A DNA stretch of 64,000 nucleotides from Tubiluchus corallicola (Eukaryota; Animalia; Priapulida). The notes beneath the pieces are model-generated. The model saw only the letters and a list, made by a program, of their open reading frames with translations. It was not told the origin of the DNA and searched no databases. The stretch is taken from NCBI GenBank assembly GCA_030141605.1, contig JAQGDQ010000578.1, positions 72,508 to 136,507 of the forward strand. Reading direction: 5' to 3'. A program made the position numbers and the translations under genes. This document shows, piece after piece, positions 1 to 13,725 of this stretch; position 1 is the stretch's first letter, and the number at the start of each line of letters is the position of its first letter.

Positions 1-2028
1 ATCCTACTCGCCTATTTGGTTTTGCTGTGACAAAGACTGCGTGTAGGAGTTTGCTTGACGCTACGAAACAAAAATGCTTTCTTTGCTACTGTATCATAAA
101 TATAGTCCAGCTCAACGACCAAAATGTCCTCAGCTTCCTACATAGACAGGAGAATGCGATAATGCGTCATACGCCCATTCATTACTAATGATTATATGAG
201 GACAAGTAATTGACAGTGGGATAGTCTCAGAACAAGAGCGGAAACGCTAACTCACAAATTAGCTCAATCAATTGAACAAAAGCTAATTGGACAGAGATCT
301 CAACCTCAGTGCATTTACATGTATACCGGTGACGTCACACTCTGCAAAGAAGAATTGTGTTATAAGAAGACCAATGTGTGTGTGGTTTCGTTCAAGAAAT
401 TTGCTGTAACGGCAGGTTCACGTTACCTATGGTTAGACTCAGAAATCAGTGATCTTGAACTATGAGAGTAAATCATTGGCTGACTGTAATCAATTTAGAA
501 AAAAACGGATTTTAGGGGTAAAAATGTTGAGTACTGTATTTCAAGTTTTTAACACAAAGCGTCAACTGCCTGACACAAATTTAGAAAAAAACGGACGCAT
601 TTTAGATACAGCAGTAAAAATATTAAGTACTGTATTCTAAGTTTTTTAACGCAAGGGTCAATTGCACGACACAAATACTCAGCACTCAATTTAAGAAAGC
701 AAGTCGACGGCCCAATTCTTGAAGCAAACAGAGATTATAACACATAGCTGTTTATATATAAATATATCAGCAATACCCACCCACCTTTTAAAAACAATTG
801 TCTGGCTCTTCTTCGAAGTAAACAAAAGAACTAACAATAGAGCACAAATTAGCACTAATAATAAATACTAGCAAAGGGCCCTAAAAAAATTGTGCACGTA
901 AACCCACGACAACCCACACCACATCAACCCACAACCACCCTACCCCTGCTGCTGCCGAAAATGATGATGACGACAATCAGAGTGATGATATCAGCACTTC
1001 AACAAAGATAACAGCCTAGTGAAACTGTGCAAAATATTTTTCACATTATCGAAACTGTGTGAAAAGTCAAATGCTATTAGACATTTCCACTGATTATCAT
1101 TAATGCACAAACATTCTACATAGTGTTTGCAAACTGCTCCTTCTGATCTGAATAGGCTAACATTATAGCACTTACATCATAACAGCCAGCAAAAGCTTAA
1201 TGAACTAAGTAAAAGTGTGGGCAGATTACAATGGAAAGACGTCAGAACAACGAAAACGTTACTGTAGCTTCTAAGCGAGAATCGCCCAAAATGGAAGTTC
1301 TAATCAACTCGTCGCCACTTTTCTTTGTTGAGGCCACCTCAAATGCGAGCCACATTGCCTCTTAGCCCCATTCATCCTCTTTCCAAGGAGCTATTATAAC
1401 TCCTTCCAAGAGCCCCGCTAGGCGCCGCAACAACGCTTTTTCTACTGGCTGTTCCGTCAAAATTTCGAAAAAAATCCGGGAGCCCCTTCTATTTGAATAA
1501 TGTAATTTTGGTAACAGTGCAGATTCAAATTTAATTAGTTTAGTGATGGTATTTGATACAATCCTTTTCACTTCTTAATTCTAAAGATTCTAGCTCTATG
1601 TTTAGCAGATCTGAGACTCATGCGCTCTTGCCATTTTCGTGTCTCAGCAGATATTTTGAAATGACACAACTGACACTTCCATTCTAGTATGCTAAGAATA
1701 CTGGAATAATAATAGTAACATAGTATAACATGAGTTGGTATCTTACAGCATATTTCAGAGAACCGTTTATGTAATTATCTATGTGTTGAATGTATTCTGA
1801 CTACAGTATGGCGCTTAATAAATTGGCCAAGAATACCATTGGTACCTACAGTTTAATTATAGATGATAACTTCGATTATCATTAATTTAATTTAATGTTG
1901 TTATATTAAATGTTAAAAGTAACAATACCGGTACGATCCTCCAGTTGTCTAGTTTTTTACCTCAAACTTTGGATTTGCTGGACTAGAGATTGCTACAATT
2001 TCGCATAACCAAGTTTACTTTAAGGGAT

Positions 2029-2701
2029 TTAAAGGATAAGAAAAGTTAAGAAAAGATAAGAAAGGGGCACTTGAAGTATTTTTTAGAAAAATCGCCTTGA
2101 AAAATTACGTTACTTTATAGCAATTTTATGCATATATCGTACTCGCATTGAAAGAAATTTTTGTTTGTTTTCATTTTAAACTTTCCGCGACATTGTTCCG
2201 AAGGCGCCATTACATGACGTCACTACGCAAACGTAAATCATGGGAAGAAAGGGAAATGTTAAATTATGTCCTAAAAAACTTTCCATGCAAAGTTGTGTTA
2301 CATAGCATTTCGCTTACCTGCTAGAAAAACTTATGTAACTAGACTAATAATTTAAAATGTTTGTTGCAATTGCTAAAATGTCGCTGACTCACCAGGGTGC
2401 ACCACTCACTAACCAAAAACGTATTTTTAGTCTTATTGACAAGGTACGGTAATTTTAAATTTTATTTAGTTAGTGACGTGTGTGCTACGAATGCTCTGAT
2501 TTATTTTTCAAACTTTACAAAACTTATTTTAACTTGTTTCAAATGGCTGCGTCTAACGGTCATCGCGGGAGTTTTAACTTACATGTTTTATGTAGCGTTA
2601 CTGCCGACGCAAGTCTAATATGCCAAAAGGCAGTACGTAAGCAGTATGAAATTTCAAGACGAAATTGTTAAGCTTTATGTAAGGTGAGGGTTTTCTTGTG
2701 C
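2029..2701 (+). mobile_element. Non-autonomous DNA element family A (TTAAAG...CTTTAA ends; Kolobok/Crypton-like)
   Basis: Homologous over about 650 bp to 39291-39971 (+), 41400-42023 (-), 50272-50868 (-); diverged partial copy at 3420-3750. Confidence 0.75.
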
Positions 2702-3954
2702 GTTTTTATGCTTATTGAAATACCCACTTGTACACCTAGGAAAGGCGTGACCTTTAATAGATTGCAAACCTGCGTAATTAGCAAATTAATTGACTTTTTA
2801 GTCTATTTATTATGATTTATGAAGCGAAATGATTAATTTCGAGAAAGTGTTAATGTTGCGTGTAGGAAAAAACTGCGCATCGTTTATTTTTTATTACTGC
2901 GCAGATGCCTAATATGTATGATTGTGAACATTCACTTTGCTCGATGAAGCCAAAGATTACTGTTAGTGACATCTGGCGTTGATTCTTGCAATTAGTGACT
3001 ATTGAATTTATGCCGGCCTTTGTAGTGCCGCATTAACTCTTGCAAAAATTTATGCCAAACAAATTGCACCACTTCCTGTCGGATAGAAACACAAGTAGAA
3101 TAAATCTTCACACTTCTGTTTTGAGGTTCTGGAGGCATAGTTTATTCAGCTAAAAAAAGATTTATTATCGCCATTTTAGAAACACATGCCCAGCGACAAC
3201 AACAGCAGTGCCATCTGGTTTCATACCAGCGTCGCTGTGAACAATAAGCAAATTACACTTTGAACTGAAAAATATGGAACTGGAACTGACGAAAAGGAAC
3301 GGGAAGTATGTCCCAAAAATTTTCCAGACAAAATTATATTACTTGGTATTACTATTAATCCTAAATGCTTAAGACTAAAAAAAGAAATGTTTTGGTAATT
3401 TAAAGTGTTTGCGCCAAACTGCAAAATGTCACTGACTCACCTTCCCAGGGTGCACCACTGATTCACCAAAAACGATTCTAATCTCATTGACAAGATACAG
3501 TCATTTATGCTTTTGCTTAGATAGCGAAGAGTGCGCTATGAACGCTCTGATTATTTTTTCAAACTTTACACGATGTTATGTAAACTTGTTTCAAACGTTT
3601 TGCAGCCTAGTTTTCATCGCGGGAGTTGCTTTTTTTTAGTTTTATACAGCGTTGCTGTTAATGCAAGCTCTGTGCGCAATAAGGCAGAATGCAGGAGATA
3701 CAAAATATCAAGACGATTTTTTGTAGTTTTATATAAGTAAATGATTCTCCTGTGAATCACGAGTTATCATAGTATAAATTCAGAATTACCAGTCGAAATT
3801 AATTATTATATGATATCAACTGAATGTTTGTTGAAAATTCGTTCAAAACGTTTGAATTTATTGGTGTTATTTAAAACTTAAAAAAGGAAAAGGAAAAAAG
3901 AAAAAAGAAGAATTAAGAAGAAGAAACGCAAGAGTAAAAAAAGAACGAAGTGGT

Positions 3955-4005
3955 AGTAATGATGATGATGTTGATGACGACGACGACGACGACGATGACG
4001 ATGAC

Positions 4006-4038
<33 letters not shown>

Positions 4039-4095
4039 GGTGGTGGTGATGACGACGACGACGACGACGACGATGATGATGATGATGAAGGTGAT
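3955..4095. repeat. Compound (GAT)/(GAC)/(GGT) microsatellite
   Basis: Direct observation. Confidence 0.95.
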
Positions 4096-4374
4096 GAAGG
4101 TGCCAGAATGCAAGCCAACGAAAGGAAGGAAAAAATTAAAAAGGAGAAACAATAGAAAATATGAGAAGAAAGAAAGAAAAGAAAAAAGTTATAAAGAAAG
4201 AAAAGAGGGGAAGGAAAAGGTAAAAGAAAGAGGAAACAAGGAAGAAAAAGGAGGAAATTAAGGAAGAAAAAAAGAAGCGGTAAAATGAATCAATTTTGTA
4301 GTAATCATACAAGAGGCTGAGACGTAACGAAATAATAGAATGAAGCACAGATACACTTATATAGGTAATGGCAC

Positions 4375-4640
4375 GTTACCATGGTAACTGCCAAAAATAT
4401 CAAGCCACTATGCAGGCGACGAAGAAACCTGTCCAATCGATTGGGCGTCACTGCGCATGCGTGCAAGGACAGTTGACAATCTAATAGACAGTGCTAATAC
4501 ATATTTTAGCTATATTAAAGAGACCACGTCAATAAAAGCACAGCTGTTGGTAATAGAACTTAAAAGAGGCATTCTAGTTTTATGGGTTTACGAGCGGCCA
4601 TTGGATTTTTGCGCTGCGCTGGATTGACAGCGTGCGACTA
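4375..4640. promoter_or_regulatory. Promoter-like motif cluster (RFX X-box, CCAAT, NRF1-like)
   Basis: Perfect palindrome GTTACCATGGTAAC 4375-4388, CCAATCGATTGG at about 4433-4444, TGCGCATGCGT at about 4452; CpG-rich. Confidence 0.4.
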
Positions 4641-4729
4641 ATATTATAACTAACGGAAGTCAAGAAATTTCGTTTAAAACGTAGACTGAGATTCGGACAG
4701 TTCCTGTAGGGCTGACTGAATAACTTTTC

Positions 4730-5200
4730 TTGCATTAACTGCTCGTACAAATTAACTTACTTCTAGTAAAATGCTACTCTGTTCACGTACTACTGCTTGA
4801 CATGTCCAAAGCGTTCAATACAGAGAAAAGGAAGTCATTTGAGGATATGCTGAACAAAATTGAACGGCACATGACGAGTATACTGCAGCAGAATCTATCC
4901 ATGCAAGTAAGATGAACAATCAGCACAGAATTTTGCACAAACACTGGTGTTCCGCAGGGTGAATGTGTAGGCCCTGTTCTCTTCACATTTTATATCGCAA
5001 CAGCCTCGAAGGAAACAAATTACATGCCACCTGTATAACTCATGCTTACACAATTCTAGATCCAAATTCAATTCGACCGATTATTCACCAAGAGTATAAT
5101 TATGCAATACTTGAGAGAACAAAATAAGTGATTAATCAAGAGACCTGTATGATCTAGGATAGTTTTTAACAATAGAAGTAATGTAAAGGGTGTCAGGAAA
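4730..5200 (+). mobile_element. Degenerate non-LTR retrotransposon reverse transcriptase fragment
   Basis: Translates to HVLLLDMSKAFNT (about 4784) and TGVPQGECVGPVLFTFYI (about 4943), LINE RT motifs; disrupted frame. Confidence 0.75.
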
Positions 5201-5870
5201 TGATTGTCCCCTCCACTGTGCAGAAGAAATCAAAGTGAATAGATAAAATCCAACAAATCCAGAGCAAACAGCATTTATTTTTGAGCAAAGAACACATCTC
5301 AGTATATATAGTATTGTCGCCATTCGCAGTTCTGAGGGCCATAAACTGACAGGAGTGCGATTCGTGAAGGTTTTTCAAATGGAAACGGTGTCATGTCATT
5401 TCATCAACAACTTCATTGATTTTTTTTATTTTTGGTAACAAGAAGTCGAAAGAATTTAAAAATAGATTAAATAAGAAATATACTAATGATTAAAATACTA
5501 AACAATTGTAATTCTTCTGATGTTGTTATAACAATAATAAATGTGAAAAAATGTGCTTACGTCTACTTGTGGTAACTTTTAAATGTAGAGGGGCCTGAAT
5601 ATTGAGCAATATCTGGGACTACAATACGTTATCTCACAATATTGTATTGATGGATAGAATAACGACACAATCCAACCTAAGAAAATGGCGCGCCAACTGA
5701 AAAGGCAAGAACTGATAGAATATCATTCAATTTTTCATTTCTTATCAAAAACTTCAATATTAATGTTGTTGAATTGTTGGAAACAAATTTTTAAAGTTTT
5801 TTTGTGGAATGCTTGCTCTGGGTGCCCATTTTTTTACTGTAGTTTTTTTTTCAAAAATGTTTCTCGAAAC

Positions 5871-5965
<95 letters not shown>
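5871..5965. repeat. (AAT)n microsatellite
   Basis: Direct observation. Confidence 0.97.
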
Positions 5966-5966
<1 letters not shown>

Positions 5967-6829
5967 CAATTTTTTCATAAACATAAAGAAAGACACAAGT
6001 ACAATAAACAATGCATATAGGAACAATGCATACTGCCTACAAATACGGGCCTGTATAAAATTCGTCGTCTCTGCTCTTTTACTGGTCCAACTCTATTTCA
6101 TCTTTATTTTTGAATCTACTTCATGTAATTTGCCAATAAAGGTATCGTTTTTCTTACACATCATTCTGTTGTTTCGTGGATGGATGTCAGAAGAGTTATA
6201 GACTGCTTAACCTCTCCGCATGTGTTGGTACCGAACCAACCTGGGTAGTTACAGCCCTTTTTTCCCAGGTACCGCCGGTAGTTCACTACCTTAATTTGTT
6301 TAAAAATATAAACTGGTCATTATCGCACATGGATGGGAATTCTGGGAAAATACTTATATTTAAAAGGACAGGCGCCAAAACTGGTATTAATCATCAAACT
6401 AAAACTACTTTTCTTGTATGAAGTTTTAGTGTCAGTAAACTATTATGTTCCTACAAACGCCCTCTGCATTTAATATTATTAATTATTGACTCGTGAAAAC
6501 GTAAAACATTTTCGAACTGGTGAAATACATTAATAATTTACTGAATACAAAAGCAAAACTTGACTATGGTTTTCAATGGAATCTACTCTATTCAATTGTA
6601 GAACCCAACACTCTAGAGAGAAGTCTTGAAAACAACAAAACATTCTAGAAAAAAACAATTTCAACTTGAACTCTTGATTAATTTCAAACTAGGGAGGGGG
6701 AGAGAGAAATAGAGAGAGACTGGGAAAGGGAGACAAAGAAAGGGAGAGGGAGAAAGACGGGGTGCGAAAAGGGAGGGAGGAAAGCTTAGAAAGGGGGAGA
6801 AAGAGAGAAATGAAGGGAGAGAGAGAAAG

Positions 6830-6832
6830 AAA

Positions 6833-6865
<33 letters not shown>

Positions 6866-6925
6866 GAGAGAGAGAAATAGAGAGACTGGGAAAGAGAGAT
6901 AAAGAAAAAAAGAAAGAAAGAAAAA

Positions 6926-7012
<87 letters not shown>
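6830..7012. repeat. (GA)n/(GAAA)n microsatellite
   Basis: Direct observation. Confidence 0.95.
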
Positions 7013-7013
<1 letters not shown>

Positions 7014-8448
7014 GGGTGAAAGACGGAGTATGAAAAGGGAAGGAGGAGAGCGAAACTGCGAAAATTACTTATCTTATAACACTCTTGATATCTAGATTTC
7101 TGAAACATTGTGTAGTTAGAGTTGATGAGAGGGGAATTCTCTGGGGAAAAAAACTTTAAATTATTCAGCGTTTGTTTCTCTACATTTCTGCGATAATGGT
7201 TTTCTAAAGACTGTAATTGAATGAGGATGTTGTTTTATCTGCAAATCCTATTAAGCAACGTGTCTCGTTACAATATTTACTGAACAGATAAGATGAATAA
7301 CAGATAACAACAATAATACTGCAGTACAAGTTCGACACACTTTTTCAACTACCATCGGTGAACTTAAAACTGAAAACGAATATATTTTTACTTACCTGAG
7401 ACATGAATCGACAAAGCTTACAAATAGCGTTTTTATACTCTTCTGGGATAAATACGTCTCTGTTTGCTTAGAAAAGAAATTTGCGTCCTTCAAACGTGCA
7501 ACCTTGGCCGAATTTTTGTTCAAAACAATGTGAGACCTCTAGTCAAAGTCCCGATTAAAGGCGGCAAATTTCTTCAGGCAGTCACCGGCCCAGGCAGTTT
7601 ATGTGTAGCGTTTATTGCAATCATAGACGTAAATTGTTCATCAGACGGCTAGCGGTTGTATCAGATGACACTAAAACGACCCGTTTACGAGCTCCAAAGA
7701 AGCCACGTTGCAGTACATCAGCAGGAAGAGACAGAGATTACAGACGCACAATTCACCATCCAGCAAGGAACTCTCGAAGACTGAGATTCACAGAGTTTCG
7801 TGAAGTTAACACATTGTCAGCAGAGAGCGATGCAACGACGATCTCATCTGTTCAACATGGCGTAACCACACTGCACACAGCAGCCTCTGCTGTTGCCCGT
7901 AGCAACTAGATGGCTTCATCTTCAATTCTGATCACGGGTGAATATTGTCAGATATATTTACTGTAGCACGTATAGGTCGAGTTATATTAACAATTACAGT
8001 AACTAACAGGGTGATTACTTTTCATTAGAAAGCCAACGCTTACAAGAGTTCTGTGAATGATAACAGGCCAGGAAGCCTTGTTAGTCACATTTGTACACTC
8101 TAGTCTATTACAAAGTTATTCCCTAATCAGCATCAGCTGCTGCGTCGGCTTAGTAATTATAACTAATAAATGAAGTGGAAATAAATTGCTGATACTTTTA
8201 CAATGTAAAACGTGTGAAAGTTTTACGATGTTATTGATGGTTATTAATAGTCACGTGACATCATTAACATCATTTACTTTCGAACACACGTGTACAGTTA
8301 AGTTACTGGAATTGATAGTAGTCTAATTCTAATTAGAATTAGTAATTCCAAGTTAATAGTAGACTAGTAGTAAAAGTAAAAATAAATATTAAAGTAAAAC
8401 TATTACTTTAATACTAATACAAAGTATAAATATTATAGTAAACATTGA

Positions 8449-8639
<191 letters not shown>

Positions 8640-9210
8640 GGAAAATTCTAAGCGGATGAGCGACTTACAAATCGTGGAGATGCACAGATGACGTATGGGC
8701 GAAAAATCTCATCGCACTGATTAAACTCAGAGCTTTTAAGAATCACCTTATGACAGATCTAACAGAACTAAATGTTTTGTCAATACTGTCGCGCTACTAA
8801 TGTGGCTTAACGTCTGAATCAGACAAGAAGGCGAATGAAATCCTCTCTTATAACTGTCAAAGACAATTTGTTTAAAATCTAACAATGTTTTATTACCAAG
8901 CATTTCTAATTTTATTTTGTGGGTCACGTGTAGCACAGAAACTGTATGAAAAGCTGTCTACAGTGAACTTGATGAACTTTTCACTTTTCGTACAAATATA
9001 TGTAAAAACGTCTTCATCTTTAACGTTATTTGGTGGTATCCCACTTATTTGGTGGGACCACAAGTACAGGGTGATGCAAAATTGGCGACCAGTAGTACTG
9101 GATGACGCTCAATTGGCGACCACAAGTACAGGGTGATGCTTAACCTTTAGCTAAGGATGGTGACGATAAATCTTTATTTGAACAATATATTCATATATAT
9201 ATATATATAT

Positions 9211-9660
9211 ATGCAAGGCGTCTATTTGCAGGCCGATAATTTTGCACTGTATCATGATATAACAGTACATACACAACACGGTCAATTATAATTACGTTCT
9301 TAATACATGTACCACAAACTTGCTTATAAAACGTTTTAGCAATAATAATTAAGGTCCATAATAACAGAATTCATTCACTGGGATTATTTAGATTACAATT
9401 TACGATAAAACCAGGATTAATTTTGCCTGAATTATACATACATGTATATAAATATATACATAGGTGTGAATGAGCTAAAATTTATATCGTATTATACATT
9501 TAGCTCTTTTACATCCCTTTACAAACTGATAAGAGAAAACCGTCTCTCGCAAAGTTAACTAGAACTTTATTTAATGCTTCTGCTTTTTTTTTAAAATACA
9601 CTGGTTAACTTTTCCCCTGCAGGGTTTCTCATGGGTGATTTTGCTAGGAAGTAGAAAAAC
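9211..9660 (+). mobile_element. Dispersed repeat family E
   Basis: About 430 bp homologous, inverted, to 32080-32611 (ATGCAAGGCGTCTATTTGCAGGCC terminus). Confidence 0.7.
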
Positions 9661-10016
9661 GACCAGTACAGGACAATTTGTTTCAATAAAGTACTGCTGA
9701 AACAACGGAGAATCTTATCATGAATATTTTGTGAAACGCTTACAAAGTTTACTCGTTTAATTTGCATTGAAACAACAGATGATGAGGCAAACCCCACGAC
9801 ATCTGCTGTTTTAATGTAAATTCCTAAGTCGTATTAAACCAGAAAACTTTGTACTTGTTTTACAGCACCAAGATGTCAACTATATGTTAACTTGATAATC
9901 GTGATAATCTGATTTTTATTAACTTTCCTAACATTTTGTTAGATAATTTTATTTTGTCACTAACCTAACAGGATTAATTAATTTTCGAAAATTGCTATCA
10001 ATGTCGGTTAGGAAGG

Positions 10017-10520
<504 letters not shown>

Positions 10521-10656
10521 GATTCAAAATTTGGTGTGAAAGTCTCAGGCATCTCGCTCAGCCTGCAGTTCTGAGGTGTACGATTAGAGGATCGACCTGA
10601 AATTCTGGGATGAATTTTTTTGATTAAACAGAAGGTGAGGTGAGATGATCCATGAA

Positions 10657-11915
10657 CATCGCCAGTGCTGGGAAGTGCAGTACCAATTAGAGTATTGTTA
10701 GTGGAGCCATCTACCGCACAAAAGTTGAACATTGATGTTTTATGTTTCATGTACGCCAGCCTTAGCCAAAAAGTGTTAAGAGCTTGAGGCTCCAACATTA
10801 GCCACAATGATATACTAAAAATCATTTCAAAGTCAATGGTTTTTGCAATGTCATTTTCTACAGTTAGCATCGCCAAATTATCAAGCCTCTCTTGTAAAAT
10901 TCTTGACCGTAGGTGTCGTTTAGTCTGTGTTGAAGGTTTTAATATCGTCCACAAATTAGTAAAATTAAAATTCAAAGACGATCTAACTAATAATAAGTGG
11001 TTTCAAGAAACGAAAAAACTTGAAATTTACTTTTAAGATTTTATTTTGAAATGTCTACATAAACAGTGAAGTAGTGTCATGTTGAAAAGCAGAAAACCAA
11101 GTGACCAAAAACTACAGGTGAAATCATTTAGGTGTGAAAACAGGTTTAGAGATTATGCATTCATAAAGACTGTAGAAGCCAATGAAAATTTAAACAGTAA
11201 AGACAAAGATTTAACGATTTTAACAAGAACACCTGAAGGTGGCAGCACTATCCAAGACTCAAAAAAGCATGATACAATACAACATAAATTTAAATTTAGA
11301 GTAATTAAAATGATTTTCTTCTGTCCAATAAGGTTACTTTTTTAACAGGTAAATGATGACGATAAATTGAAATTACAAAACACATAATTGATCAGCAAAA
11401 AACACAAGTAAACATGGATATACGAGGATGATTTCACTGCCTTCACAATTAAAAAGAAACTAGACAATTTAAGTGAGGTTAACTATGAAACTTCTAGTAT
11501 TAACTGATCACACCAGACTGACAATGCAACTATCTAATCTCAAGCATGCCTATCTGCCACTGCTGCTCATGATGTGCTGTCTTTCAAATCTAAAGTGATA
11601 TTTGCATCTAGAGTCCATTTTACAGTACAGCCAACCTCTTTATATTGCCTACTTTAGGATTGCAAAAAAGTTGGATAGAGTTTGGCATTATAACGAGTAC
11701 ATTAATGCATACATATCTGTGCAAATATGGACATTTTGTTTTGCCAAACATGTAGGCATAAGGGGAGGGGTTTTTATAACAAGATTTGACTGTATATCTA
11801 CATACATCAACAGTTGACCATCAAGGCGTCCTCTACTTGAGCATGTGAGCGGGGCCCCTCTTGACACGGGGCAGAATTTGAACAAATCTGTCTAATTGGC
11901 TTAAAACCGGCCCTA
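10657..11915 (-). mobile_element. Decayed hAT transposon with transposase C-terminal dimerisation remnant (ZMYM1/Tip100-like)
   Basis: Minus-strand KRHLRSRILQERLDNLAMLTVENDIAKTIDFE at about 10820-10925; terminus TAGGGCCGGTTTTAAGCC; both ends homologous to 43983-44461. Confidence 0.75.
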
Positions 11916-11967
11916 CATTGATCACTGCTCAAAAGACAAGCTACCGAGACATCTGCAAGACGTGTTA

Positions 11968-13225
11968 GAGGATCCAGAGTTGTTGCTCTGGTAACTCTTC
12001 AAGATAGCAGACTATGAGAGACACATTCCAGGATCTTGAGGATCCAGAGTTGTTGCTCTGGTAACTCTTCAAGATAGCAGACTATGAGAGACACATTCCA
12101 GGATCTTGAGGATCCAGAGTTGTTGCTCTGGTAACTCTTCAAGATTGCAGACTATGAGAGACACATTCCAGGATCTTGAGGATCCAGAGTTGTTGCTCTG
12201 GTAACTCTTCAAGATTGCAGACTATGAGAGACACATTCCAGGATCTTGAGGATCCAGAGTTGTTGCTCTGGGTAACTCTTCAAGATAGCAGACTATGAGA
12301 GACACATCCCAGGACCTTGAGGATCCAGAGTTGTTCCTCTGGTAACTCTTCAAGATAGCAGACTATGAGAGACACATTCCAGGATCTTGAGGATCCGGAG
12401 TTGTTGCTCTGGTAACTCTTCAAGACAGCAGACTATGAGAGACACATTCCAGGATCTTGAGGATCCGGAGTTGTTGCTCTGGTATCTCTTCATGATAGCA
12501 GACTATGAGAGACACATTCCAGGATCTTGAGGATCCAGAGTTGTTGCTCTGGTAACTCTTCAAGATTGCAGACTATGAGAGACACATCCCAGGATCTTGA
12601 GGATCCAGAGTTGTTGCTCTGGGTAACTCTTCAAGATTGCAGACTATGAGAGACACATCCCAGGATCTTGAGGATCCAGAGTTGTTGCTCTGGGTAACTC
12701 TTCAAGATAGCAGACTATGAGAGACACATCCCAGGATCTTGAGGATCCAGAGTTGTTCCTCTGGTAACTCTTCAAGATAGCAGACTATAAGAGACACATC
12801 CCAGGATCTTGAGGATCCAGAGTTGTTCCTCTGGTAACTCTTCAAGATAGCAGACTATGAGAGACACATTCCAGGATCTTGAGGATCCAGAGTTGTTGCT
12901 CTGGGTAACTCTTCAAGATTGCAGACTATGAGAGACACATTCCAGGATCTTGAGGATCCAGAGTTGTTGCTCTGGTAACTCTTCAAGATTGCAGACTATA
13001 AGAGACACATCCCAGGATCTTGAGGATCCAGACTTGTTCCTCTGGTAACTCTTCAAGATTGCAGACTATGAGAGACACATTCCAGGATCTTGAGGATCCA
13101 GAGTTGTTGCTCTGGGTAACTCTTCAAGATTGCAGACTATGAAAGACACATCCCAGGACCTTGAGGATCCGGAGTTGTTGCTCTGGTATCTCTTCAAGAT
13201 TGCAGACTATGAGAGACACATCCCA
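11968..13225. repeat. 70-bp minisatellite, about 18 copies
   Basis: Unit GAGGATCCAGAGTTGTTGCTCTGGTAACTCTTCAAGATAGCAGACTATGAGAGACACATTCCAGGATCTT; near-identical copies, no spacers. Confidence 0.97.
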
Positions 13226-13385
13226 CGGTTTCGCACTAAATTTTGAAAATATAATAATTTCGCTATTACCTTAGCAATAAATTGACGTAATCTATTGTTC
13301 TGTACTATTATTCGTTGTCCCCCCCCCCCCCATAAATAAGCCTGGCTTGAAAATAAGATACGGCTCTTCTGAGATTTGCCGTTGT

Positions 13386-13570
13386 CATAACCGTAAGAGA
13401 AGAAGTCAAAATGCCAATAAATCTCAAAAATTCTGTATTTTTTCAGGAGCTTTGAGCGCTCTTGTGTCTTTTTGTGCAGCAGATGAAGTCTGTGAGGACA
13501 GAAGCTCGTGAGAAAAATAAGAATTTTCGAGATTTATGAGGCGTTTTGACTTCTTCTTTTACGATTATGA
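13386..13570. repeat. Imperfect inverted repeat (foldback/MITE-like)
   Basis: CATAACCGTAAGAGAAGAAGTCAAAATGCC...GAGCTT pairs with AAGCTC...GGCGTTTTGACTTCTTCTTTTACGATTATG. Confidence 0.65.
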
Positions 13571-13639
13571 ACAACCCTAATTTAAATAAACATGTTTATA
13601 CAATAAACAACTCTATAAACATCGCGAGCAATAAGTAAG

Positions 13640-13725
13640 AGTTTATTCAACAAAATAGTAAATATTTGTATGAAATTATGCAAGATTTATTAGCATGCAT
13701 TTTTTTATTATAAGTCTTTTTATTA
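13640..13725 (-). terminator. Candidate polyadenylation signal cluster of the RNF14-like gene
   Basis: Four TTTATT (AATAAA on minus) within about 85 bp, about 1.1 kb after the stop. The background is AT-rich, so this is weak. Confidence 0.3.

Noticed and set aside
7601-7909. 102-aa plus-strand ORF
   Set aside because: No recognisable domain or splice context; low-complexity R/S/T composition
11968-13225. CRISPR-like array
   Set aside because: Units are head-to-tail with no unique spacers, there are no cas genes, and the context is eukaryotic
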